Positions 10,001 through 17,847 of a stretch of DNA of 64,000 nt are shown here, piece after piece; position 1 is the stretch's first letter; every line of letters starts with the position of its first letter. Made by a program: the position numbers and the translations under genes. This DNA comes from a bacterium (GTDB lineage Bacteria > Bacteroidota > Bacteroidia > Bacteroidales > FEN-979). Below the pieces are notes generated by a model. That model made no database searches, was not told the DNA's origin, and saw only the letters and a program-made list of their open reading frames with translations. The stretch covers positions 9,301-73,300 of the forward strand of contig JBAXDH010000001.1 of assembly GCA_037141055.1 (NCBI GenBank), given 5' to 3'.

Positions 10001-10107
10001 AGATAAGACTCCAGGATGTTCCTGGAATTTCCGGATACATTTTTATTGACGGAAGCGGCAATGATGGCGAAAAGTTGAACAAGCGCCATCAGGATTGGCT
10101 CGGACAT
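7042..10107 (-). CDS. ABCG-like ABC transporter, fused ATPase plus ABC-2 permease, with a ~270-aa N-terminal extension
   Basis: 1021 aa. Walker A GGSGVGKST, signature ISGGQRKR, Walker B ILFADEPTSGLS, then 5-6 TM helices, a ~190-aa loop and a final TM helix. Confidence 0.85.
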   Translation of the reverse strand: MSEPILMALVQLFAIIAASVNKNVSGNSRNILESYLRQHLNVSELNEYLKLFDELLFFHQPEDVNATLVDVNMQIAGLCTKVNKGLHQRDKILVFIKFIEFLDEGFRAQLTDHPEVEKLSDSYIRTIGTSFNLTGPEFDETLRFATEPETTGMLTGNLMIIASEDMNPGPAFKFLPRERLSGKILVLHIPSISTFLCRYLGTDELFLNGHAVLPYRSFLFDKGYILKSQKITPVYHADLISQFLFSREKVQIVYTANEIEFHFKNSKNGIQPFSFQAVSGELIGVMGGSGVGKSTLLNVLNGNIQLDKGEILINGMDICKEAEKLRGSIGFVPQDDLLIEELTVFQNLYYNARLCFDGFSDEQIRKAVSKTLADIDLNSSKDLKVGDPLNKFISGGQRKRLNIALELIREPSILFADEPTSGLSSMDSEMVMLLLKEQTLKGKLVIVNIHQPSSDIFKLFDKLLIMDKGGYPIYYGNPIDALTYFKTISNFVNPEQSECLSCGYVNPEQILQITEAKTVDEYGKMTGHRKISPKDWYAHFRKNVQPKLLRKHEKLELPRCFFEIPGTFKQFRIFSIRNLLCKITNRQYMLINLLEAPLLAALLAYLTRYKFGEQYIFGDNRNLVPYLFMSVVVSLFLGMMVSAEEIIKDRRILKREAFLHLSKFSYLNSKIILLFVLSAIQSLLYVVAGNLILGIHGMTLAYWLILFATSCFANMLGLNISAGLNSVVAIYILIPFIIVPQLLLSGTVVPFDYLNPAIASRENVPLVGNMMTSRWTFEALAVEQFSNNKYEQVFYPFDKEISRYSYITSYVIPTLKSELDECQRNLFKHTDSGKTSDYLDILRHEIPELQKEAGFASFPYLGGLSEKLLDDSIVQGAKSYLDSLTRVYSSRLNAVTGRRDDAYEKLRTRLGADGVYRFKQEYYNDNLADLVMNKGAENKIIAENGKLIQKKDPVFMEPLSHDGRAHFYAPVKIVGSWKIDTFWFNFFVIWLMSFVLYLALLHDTLRKTIGFLEQVKFRKKQ

Positions 10108-10150
10108 GAAGATGGATTTTAATGCATCTCAAAAGTACGAATTTAGTACA

Positions 10151-10182
10151 AAAAAAAACCGCCCCGGGATGGAGGCGGCGGT
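10151..10182 (-). terminator. candidate rho-independent terminator after the lipoprotein gene
   Basis: The minus strand reads ACCGCCgcctccatcccggGGCGGTTTTTTTTT. The GC stem is short with a large loop, followed by a T9 run. Confidence 0.45.
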
Positions 10183-10200
10183 ATGTTTGCCATTTAATTG

Positions 10201-11052
10201 TTATTTAACGAAGACGAGGCGCACACTTTCCGTGAGGTCGCTGATCTCTGCAGCTTTCTGCTGCGGGATTTTTTTGCCTGACTCAATGCCGTAGTTGCCC
10301 CAGATCGGTTTAAGTTTGGCGATCTCATCCGCAACCGGCTTCATGTTTTCATCAGCCGCATAGGCTTCAAGGATCGTAAGCAGTTTCATGTGGTTGTCTT
10401 TCTGCCCGGCGATTACGGCCATGATCTTCGTGTTGTCTTTGGCAACTTCACCCAGTGTGGCAGACAGGTAGATGCCTTCGGCAAAAGCACCTGCAGCGAT
10501 GAGCACAGCCACCCTGGTGCGGTTATTGGTTGCCAGGAAATTATTTGTCTGGCTGAAGATTTTGCTGATAAGCCCGATCAGTGAATCCTTGTTGTTGTTG
10601 AATTGCTTTACTTTACCGAGCAGGGTTTGATCGTAAACCCCTGCAATGCCCAGTTCGTCGGCCAGTTTATTGGTGCAGGCCAGAAACTTATTGGTTTCAT
10701 CCGTACGGTTGTAAGTGGCTGAATAGCTCAGGTCGGCACTGTATACGCCAAGGTTGAGCGATTTGCTTATTTCAGTGGAATATTTGCCAACGTTTGCAGG
10801 CGGATTTGTGATGTCGAAAATAAACCCTGCCTTGGCTTTTTCAAGCATGGATGTAACTTCGAAAGGAGTGGGGAAGGAGTTCAAAAGATTCTGTGATTCG
10901 GGGCTCAGGGCAATCTCCTTTTTAATGGTATCGGCAGCAGCGGCATTGGCCTGGCTGTCCTGTTTGGCAGGATTGTTGCAACCGGAAAAGGCGATGAACA
11001 GAAAGAGCGCAACCAGCGCAACGCCGGTTTGGATTTTTGTGAATGCTTTCAT
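10201..11052 (-). CDS. hypothetical lipoprotein
   Basis: 283 aa with lipobox ...FIAFSGCNN. The mature part looks alpha-helical. No family recognised. Confidence 0.5.
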   Translation of the reverse strand: MKAFTKIQTGVALVALFLFIAFSGCNNPAKQDSQANAAAADTIKKEIALSPESQNLLNSFPTPFEVTSMLEKAKAGFIFDITNPPANVGKYSTEISKSLNLGVYSADLSYSATYNRTDETNKFLACTNKLADELGIAGVYDQTLLGKVKQFNNNKDSLIGLISKIFSQTNNFLATNNRTRVAVLIAAGAFAEGIYLSATLGEVAKDNTKIMAVIAGQKDNHMKLLTILEAYAADENMKPVADEIAKLKPIWGNYGIESGKKIPQQKAAEISDLTESVRLVFVK

Positions 11053-11172
11053 AAAGTCGTTTGAAGATTCGTTCGTACTATCGTTATTGAACTATGCGAA
11101 ATTAAGGGATTTTTTTCTAATCAGATCACTTTTTTTTAAGAAACTGTTAAAATTGACAATGGGTTTATTCAA

Positions 11173-12126
11173 TCATCGACGATGATCGATGAGGATCTTC
11201 ATGGTTTCAGGTTTTGAGGCACATTCAAATGCCGCCAGAATGTCCTGAAAGGGAAAAGTCTGCGAAATAAGAGGTTTCGGATCAACGAGCCCCTGGTCCA
11301 AAAGGCTTAAAGCGGGAGCAAAAGGCCCGCACCGGGACCCGGTAATGGTAAATTCGTTGATCACTATCTGGTTCAGGTCCGTTTTTTCCGGATCGGCTAT
11401 CGTGGTTTTGAGGACAAGGGTTCCGCGGGGATAGAGGTGCTCCATGGCAGTTCTGATGCCTGCCGGGTTCCCGGTACAGTCCACGCATATTTCAGCATAT
11501 TCCGATGATCCGAGCGATGCGAGGGGCCTTGCATTCAATTCCATGGCCTCCGCATTTTTCACCCTGGCGATGTTCGTGTCGAAAGTGGTGTAATTGCATC
11601 CGTAAAGGCGGAACACCTGCGAAATGAGGTTCCCGAGTTTGCCGGCTCCGAAGATGAATGCGTTTTGTGAGGGTTTTATGTGAACCTGTTCAAATATTTC
11701 AATTGCCGCAGCCAGCGGTTCCGTGAAAATGGCGGATGCAGGTGCAAGTGTTTTCGGCACAGTATGCAGGTTTTTCTCAGGAAGTACGACATATTCGGCA
11801 AAGACTCCGTCGTGATTCCAGATTCCCAGCACCGACCGGTTCGGGCAATGCGTGGGCCGGCCGGTATTGCACAGGTAACAATCGCCGCAGGGACAGTTGA
11901 TTTCGCCGACGACTATCCTGCCGGTGAGTTCCCGGCCGGGGGTTACCACTTCACCAACAAACTCATGACCGGGGATGCCGTTAAAACCCATGTATCCCTT
12001 GAGAATTTCGAGGTCGGTATTGCAGATTGCCGAATATAAAATCTTTACAAGAACTTCATTTTCTTTTGGTTCAGGGATGGCAATGTCTTTCAGGCATAAT
12101 GTTCCGTCAAAGAAAAGCGCTTTCAT
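11173..12126 (-). CDS. zinc-dependent alcohol/threonine dehydrogenase-family oxidoreductase (MDR)
   Basis: GHEFVGEV catalytic Zn motif, structural Zn loop CGDCYLCNTGRPTHC and a GAGKLG Rossmann motif. The ATG at 12126 was preferred to the TTG at 12144. Confidence 0.85.
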   Translation of the reverse strand: MKALFFDGTLCLKDIAIPEPKENEVLVKILYSAICNTDLEILKGYMGFNGIPGHEFVGEVVTPGRELTGRIVVGEINCPCGDCYLCNTGRPTHCPNRSVLGIWNHDGVFAEYVVLPEKNLHTVPKTLAPASAIFTEPLAAAIEIFEQVHIKPSQNAFIFGAGKLGNLISQVFRLYGCNYTTFDTNIARVKNAEAMELNARPLASLGSSEYAEICVDCTGNPAGIRTAMEHLYPRGTLVLKTTIADPEKTDLNQIVINEFTITGSRCGPFAPALSLLDQGLVDPKPLISQTFPFQDILAAFECASKPETMKILIDHRR

Positions 12127-12207
12127 GAGATAAAATTTAGTCAAAATTATAAAATTAAAGTAATTTTACGGGTAAATTCTCCCTTACTTCAGAGCGCACC
12201 CGGCATT

Positions 12208-13308
12208 ATGCACAAATACTTTCACATTACACACCTAAGCTGGTTCCGTTTATCCCTCTGTTTTTCGGTTCTCATCATTGTTATGGCAGCATGTTCCGGA
12301 GACAAAACGGGGAATATAGACTCGTCTTCCGGCAACTTCGCCATGCAAGACGATTCAGGCACTCATAAACTCCGGAAAGTAAGGCTCATACCCTATTGGG
12401 TCACTTCGGCACAATTTGCAGGGTACTATGTCGGCATCGAGAAAGGGATTTTCCTCAAATACGGAATTGACCTGGAGGTGCTTCCCTTCGACCCGTTCAA
12501 GCCGACACGAAAGGAAATTGAAAGCGGCAAGGCTGATTTTGCGCTCCTGTGGCTTGTGAATGCCATCGAACTCAGGTCGCAGGGGGTCGGCATCGTAAAC
12601 CTTGCCCAGCTCTCATCGCGGTCTTCCCTGATGCTGCTCGCAAAGAAAAGCAGCGGGATCAGGAAGCTGAGCGACATGAACGGAAAAAGGGCCGCAATTT
12701 GGTCGGGGTTCGAATTGCAGCCTCGGGCATTGTTCACGAAATTTAACCTGGATGTAAAAACTGTCCCGATTGGCAGCACCAATACGCTGTTTTTACTCAA
12801 TGGAGTGGATTTAATAAATGCCAACTGGTTTGATGAATATCATTCCATCATCAATAACGGGTATGATTCCAGTGAACTGGTTCCCTTCTTTTTTGCCGAT
12901 TACGGCTTGAATTTCCTTGAGGACGGAATTTATTGCCTTTCTGAAAAAGCCAGGTCCGATCCGGGTTTGTGCCGCGATTTTATCGATGCCGCGCTGGAAA
13001 GCTGGATGTTTGCATTCGACCATCCTGACCTGACGCTGGACATCGTGATCAGGAAAACCAGGAAGGAAAATCGCCCTGTAAACCTGGCGCACCAGAAATG
13101 GATGCTCAACTGCTACCGGGAACTCTATATTCCGAAAGGACGGAGTTCAATAAACACAAGTCTGCTGCCCGGGGATTATGAAAATGTAAGCATGATCATG
13201 CTGGGCAGCAAAATGATTGACAGGATAGTCCCCTACGACAGCTTTTACGCCCCATACAAGTCATTAAAGGTGCAGGAAGAAACTCCCGGAAAAAACGCCC
13301 GCCGATGA
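12208..13308 (+). CDS. NMT1/THI5-like (NitT/TauT-type) substrate-binding lipoprotein
   Basis: Lipobox VMAACSG. The pattern ...PYWVTSAQFAGYYVGIEKGIF.KYGIDLEV.... resembles NMT1-like binding proteins. The gene overlaps the kinase start by 4 nt. Confidence 0.6.
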   Translation: MHKYFHITHLSWFRLSLCFSVLIIVMAACSGDKTGNIDSSSGNFAMQDDSGTHKLRKVRLIPYWVTSAQFAGYYVGIEKGIFLKYGIDLEVLPFDPFKPTRKEIESGKADFALLWLVNAIELRSQGVGIVNLAQLSSRSSLMLLAKKSSGIRKLSDMNGKRAAIWSGFELQPRALFTKFNLDVKTVPIGSTNTLFLLNGVDLINANWFDEYHSIINNGYDSSELVPFFFADYGLNFLEDGIYCLSEKARSDPGLCRDFIDAALESWMFAFDHPDLTLDIVIRKTRKENRPVNLAHQKWMLNCYRELYIPKGRSSINTSLLPGDYENVSMIMLGSKMIDRIVPYDSFYAPYKSLKVQEETPGKNARR

Positions 13309-15425
13309 TGAAAAAGATCTTTTTCCGCAAAGGACTGGCCTACAAGCTGATCATCTCCATTATGATCACGCTGGGCATTATTTTCCTCCTTCTCTTCTCC
13401 TACAACCTGGTAATTACAAGAAAAATAATCGTTAAGAACCTCGAAGCCAACGCCGAAAACCTGACAGGTGCAACGGTTGCAAGGATTGAGAAAGTTCTCA
13501 GCAGCATTCAGAAGATTCCCGATAATTATGCTCCGATTATGGAGCTTCATCTTGATTCGGACAAAGACATGAAGGAACTCCTCTCCCTGATGGTTGCGGG
13601 CAACAAGGAGATTCTCGGCGCCTGCCTTGCCTTCGAGCCGTACTCAAGGAATCCTGCCGAAAGATACTTTTCCTATTACTATTACTGGAAACACGATTCG
13701 CTCTCCTTCATGAGGCTTGGAAACGACCAGTACGACTATTTTACCCTTGATTGGTACCAGATTCCCAAGGAGTTGGGGAAGTCGGTATGGAGTGAGCCCT
13801 ATTATGATGAAGGAGGTGTAGAACAGCTGGTTTCAACCTATTCTGTTCCGCTGTATGACCGGAGAAACAATCAGAAGAAATTTGTCGGAATACTTACCAT
13901 TGATTTGTCGCTTGAGTGGTTTCAGAAAAATGTGAATCAGATCCAGGTATATGAAACGGGTTTTGGGTTTCTGATTTCAAAGAATGGCGTGATCGTGAGC
14001 CATCCGATGAAAGAGTACATCATGAATGAAACCATCTTCAGCATTGCAGATGAACGTATTTCCCCGGGACTGAGAATGGTCGGGAGGGAGATGATAAACG
14101 GCAATTCCGGGTTTAAGGAGATATCATACAACAATGCAAAAAACGGGAAGGCCAGCTGGCTGGCGTATGCTCCTGTTTCGCTGAACGGATGGTCGATCGG
14201 CGTGGTTTTTCCGGTTGATGAGTTTATGGCAGACGCCAACCATCTCAGCCGGGTAATCGCTGCACTGGCTGCGTTCGGTTTTGTGGTGCTCCTCATCCTG
14301 CTCATAGCCATTGCCCGGTCAATCACCAAACCTTTAAGGCAGCTCACGCTCGCATCGGAAAAATTCGCCCAGGGTGAATTCGACGTTGAACTCCCGGAGA
14401 TCAGGTCAAAGGATGAAATCGGACGGTTGAACGGCTCGTTTATCTCGATGCAAAAACAATTGGTGAAAACCATCCATGAACTCAGGGAAGCATCTGAACA
14501 GCTGCTTGATTCGAATGAAAAACTGGCAGAGTACAACAGGACACTCGAGCAGAAGGTGGATGAACGAACGGTCGAGTTAAGGCAGAAACATTCGGAACTG
14601 GATGAGGCGTTCCAGGAACTGAAGGCTGCCCAGTCGCAACTGGTTCAGTCGGAAAAAATGGCATCCCTGGGTCAGCTCACTGCCGGAATCGCACATGAAA
14701 TTAAGAATCCGCTGAATTTTGTCAATAATTTCTCGGAATTATCGGTCGAACTCACCCAGGAGATGCTGGAAGAACTGGGTAAACTTTCCGGCAACCTTGA
14801 TCCGAAGGACATGGATTACCTCACAGGCATCATTACCGATCTGCAGTCCAACGTAAAAAAAATCAACGATCATGGAAAGCGGGCCGACAGCATCATCCGC
14901 GGGATGCTGCTCCACGCGCGGGGCAAATCGGGAGAAAGACAGCCTACCGATCTCAATGCGGTCCTTTCCGAATATGTCAATCTCGGGTATCATGGGATGA
15001 GGGCTTCCGACAACACTTTTAACGTTAAAATTGAAAGTGATTACGATCCCGCGCTTGGAATGGTGACCGTTGTGCCGCAGGATATCAGCCGGGTCTTCCT
15101 CAACATGGTCAACAATGCATTTTATTCCACCGCACAAAAAAAGAAAGAGCTGAACGAAACCTATTTCCCTGTCGTGAAAGTGAGTACCAGGAACCTGGGC
15201 GACAAAGTGGAGATCAGGATCCGCGACAATGGCAAAGGGATGCCCGCGGCTGTTGCAGAAAAGGTTTTCAACCCGTTCTTCACCACCAAGCCCGCCGGCT
15301 CAGGCACGGGCCTCGGCCTTTCGATCAGTTTCGACATCATCGTCCAGCAGCACAGGGGCCAGATTCAGGTCGACAGCGTGGAGGGTGAATATGCAGAATT
15401 TATCATCACACTTCCGAAAATATAA
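13305..15425 (+). CDS. sensor histidine kinase (TM, Cache-like periplasmic domain, TM, HAMP, coiled coil, HisKA, HATPase_c)
   Basis: Cache-like block YDYFTLDWYQ...SEPYYDEGG..LVSTYSVPLY; H-box SEKMASLGQLTAGIAHEIKNPLNF; N-box FLNMVNNAFYS; G-boxes IRDNGKGM and GSGTGLGLSIS. Confidence 0.85.
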   Translation: MMKKIFFRKGLAYKLIISIMITLGIIFLLLFSYNLVITRKIIVKNLEANAENLTGATVARIEKVLSSIQKIPDNYAPIMELHLDSDKDMKELLSLMVAGNKEILGACLAFEPYSRNPAERYFSYYYYWKHDSLSFMRLGNDQYDYFTLDWYQIPKELGKSVWSEPYYDEGGVEQLVSTYSVPLYDRRNNQKKFVGILTIDLSLEWFQKNVNQIQVYETGFGFLISKNGVIVSHPMKEYIMNETIFSIADERISPGLRMVGREMINGNSGFKEISYNNAKNGKASWLAYAPVSLNGWSIGVVFPVDEFMADANHLSRVIAALAAFGFVVLLILLIAIARSITKPLRQLTLASEKFAQGEFDVELPEIRSKDEIGRLNGSFISMQKQLVKTIHELREASEQLLDSNEKLAEYNRTLEQKVDERTVELRQKHSELDEAFQELKAAQSQLVQSEKMASLGQLTAGIAHEIKNPLNFVNNFSELSVELTQEMLEELGKLSGNLDPKDMDYLTGIITDLQSNVKKINDHGKRADSIIRGMLLHARGKSGERQPTDLNAVLSEYVNLGYHGMRASDNTFNVKIESDYDPALGMVTVVPQDISRVFLNMVNNAFYSTAQKKKELNETYFPVVKVSTRNLGDKVEIRIRDNGKGMPAAVAEKVFNPFFTTKPAGSGTGLGLSISFDIIVQQHRGQIQVDSVEGEYAEFIITLPKI

Positions 15426-15430
15426 TGTAA

Positions 15431-16615
15431 ATGACAGAACCCGGTTACAAAAACGTGAAAATCATGGTGGTCGACGATGAAGTCGATCTTGAGCCGTTGA
15501 TCCGCCAGAAGTTCCGCCGCCAGGTCCGTGACGGAGTATACGATTTCGTTTTTGCCCATAACGGGCTTGAAGCACTGACAAAACTCATCGAATACCCGGA
15601 GATCGGGATCATCCTTTCGGATATCAACATGCCGGAAATGGACGGACTCACGCTGCTCATGAAACTGAAGGAGCTCAAGAATCCCGGGCTCAAAACAGTT
15701 ATCGTGTCTGCCTACGGCGATATGGAGAACATCCGGACCGCCATGAACCGCGGCGCTTTTGATTTTCTGACCAAGCCGATCAGTTTTGACGACCTTGAAA
15801 TCACCATCAATAAAACGATGGATGAAATCATGCAGCTTCGCCATTCGATGGAAGAACATGACCAGCTGATTTCGATCCAGCAGGATTTACAAACCGCCCA
15901 TGAAATCCAGCAGGCGATCCTGCCCAAGGTATTTCCCCCGTTCCCGTCGCGCAAGGACTTTGACATTTATGCCGCGATGATTGCGGCCCGTGAGGTCGGT
16001 GGCGATTTTTTCGACTTTTTCATGATCGATAACGACCGGCTCGGGTTTGTGATCGGCGATGTTTCTGGGAAAGGTGTCCCCGCAGCGATATTCATGGCGG
16101 TGAGCCGTACGCTGATCAGGGCGACGGGGCTCAAGGCCATTCCTGCGGCAGAGTGCATGAACTATGTCAACAGCCTGCTGTGCAACGAGAGTGTTTCCTG
16201 CATGTTTGTGACGGTTTTCTACGGCATCCTGAATACAGAAACTGGAGAACTTGAATATGTGAATGCAGGGCATAATCCTCCGTACCTGTTAACCGCCAAC
16301 GGGTTAAAAAAGGTGGCGATGACAGGCGGGACCATCCTGGGCTGCATCGAAGAATTTCAGTATAAATCAAACCGGATCATGCTTGCTCCCGGTGACCGGC
16401 TTTTCCTTTACACCGATGGCGTGACGGAAGCCTTTACCAAAGAAAATGAGGCTTACGGGGACGACAGGCTCGAGGCGTATCTTACGCAGAATAGCGGGAA
16501 TACGATCGAAGAATTGGTGCGGGGCTGCCTGAAAGAGGTAAACGACCATTCGCTTGGGATCCCCCAGTCCGATGATATCACGCTGCTCTCGATCCATTTC
16601 AGCGGAAAACATTAA
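15431..16615 (+). CDS. response regulator: receiver domain fused to a PP2C/SpoIIE serine phosphatase (RsbU-like)
   Basis: Receiver: VDDE...ILSDINMPEMDG...KP. PP2C: AREVGGDFFDF, GDVSGKGVPAAIFMA, LYTDGVTEA, SDDITLL. Confidence 0.9.
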   Translation: MTEPGYKNVKIMVVDDEVDLEPLIRQKFRRQVRDGVYDFVFAHNGLEALTKLIEYPEIGIILSDINMPEMDGLTLLMKLKELKNPGLKTVIVSAYGDMENIRTAMNRGAFDFLTKPISFDDLEITINKTMDEIMQLRHSMEEHDQLISIQQDLQTAHEIQQAILPKVFPPFPSRKDFDIYAAMIAAREVGGDFFDFFMIDNDRLGFVIGDVSGKGVPAAIFMAVSRTLIRATGLKAIPAAECMNYVNSLLCNESVSCMFVTVFYGILNTETGELEYVNAGHNPPYLLTANGLKKVAMTGGTILGCIEEFQYKSNRIMLAPGDRLFLYTDGVTEAFTKENEAYGDDRLEAYLTQNSGNTIEELVRGCLKEVNDHSLGIPQSDDITLLSIHFSGKH

Positions 16616-16635
16616 GAAAGTGTCATTTCAGAGCA

Positions 16636-17847
16636 ATGAAAGTAATTGTTAAACAGTCGGATGCTTTTGATGTTCTGGAGGTTCAGGGCAGGATCGACGG
16701 GCTTACCGCAACGGAATTAAAGCTTGCAGCCGAGCAGTGCATGAATGGAGGTGCGCGTCAGCTCGTTTTCGATTGTTCGGCGGTTACTTACCTCAGCAGT
16801 GCAGGGTTGCGCGTCTTCATGCAAACCTGGAAATCGCTCAGCATGATCGGGGGAAAAATGGTTCTGATGGCAGTGCCTACTGCGGTTATGGATGTGTTCA
16901 GGATCAGCGGCATGGATAATTTCATGATCTTTGTTGACGACTTATCTGTTCTTGAAGCTGCTCTGCCGGTTGTCGAGCCGGAAGATGCCGCAGAGGTGCT
17001 GAATTTTAAGGAGTTTACTTTTGAGATGAAATCTTCCATTGGTTCAGTCGGCACATTGCGCAGGCTTGGTTCTCCCGCTCACCTCGAACAGGCGGCTTTC
17101 GTACAGGAGGACGTCGTCCCCGTGCCCCAGTGCGAGATCACATACGGGGCGGGCCTTGCTGTGCTGGGGAACGATTTTGAGGATTACGGGAATCTTTTCG
17201 GAGAGGCAGCCGTGATAAATCACCGTTTTTTTTCATACCCGGCTGTCAAAAGGCCGTTCGTCGATTTTTCCGGGTTCAGCAGTGAAAATCCCACCACCCT
17301 GAATTTCCTGTACGGATTCGGTTTCAGCGGCAATTTTTCGAAGGTATTGAAAATGTCGGGCCAGGCAGAAGCCGCAACTGTCGAAGAAATACTCGGGGCT
17401 GCAGGAAATGTGGCCGGAGGGAATTTGTTCGGGGTGGTGATCCTGGCAGTCAGCGGCGGAATTTTCGGCATGCACCTGCGCAAATCACCCATCCGGGAAA
17501 ATAACCCTTCGCAAACCATGATTCTCGATGGCAACCGTTTTGCAGAATGGATGAATTTTTCCTTCGATGGCGAAGATATTCACAAGATTATCGTTGCAAC
17601 CGGCATCGCCGTTCGCGATCCGGACCTTCTCCCGGAGGGCATGAAAAAGTTTTTTCCTGTAAACTCAGCATGTCACCTGCATGCGGTTGTATTCGAAAAC
17701 GGACTGCTGAGCCTTCAGATCAAAGAATTTGAATCGGAACTCGAGCGGGTGATGAAGGAGTTTGAAGCACAAAAGGTGGTCCACCTGCTGCCGTCATCAC
17801 GGCTGCAGAGTGGCTTTATCGGCATCATAAACCTGGAGGCAAACTGA
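16636..17847 (+). CDS. STAS-domain protein (anti-sigma-factor-antagonist fold) with a ~290-aa unassigned C-terminal domain
   Basis: Residues 1-~105 are SpoIIAA/RsbV-like (LEVQGRIDG..A.EL...., FDCSAVTYLSSAGLRVF). The remaining ~290 aa match nothing I recognise. Confidence 0.8.
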   Translation: MKVIVKQSDAFDVLEVQGRIDGLTATELKLAAEQCMNGGARQLVFDCSAVTYLSSAGLRVFMQTWKSLSMIGGKMVLMAVPTAVMDVFRISGMDNFMIFVDDLSVLEAALPVVEPEDAAEVLNFKEFTFEMKSSIGSVGTLRRLGSPAHLEQAAFVQEDVVPVPQCEITYGAGLAVLGNDFEDYGNLFGEAAVINHRFFSYPAVKRPFVDFSGFSSENPTTLNFLYGFGFSGNFSKVLKMSGQAEAATVEEILGAAGNVAGGNLFGVVILAVSGGIFGMHLRKSPIRENNPSQTMILDGNRFAEWMNFSFDGEDIHKIIVATGIAVRDPDLLPEGMKKFFPVNSACHLHAVVFENGLLSLQIKEFESELERVMKEFEAQKVVHLLPSSRLQSGFIGIINLEAN

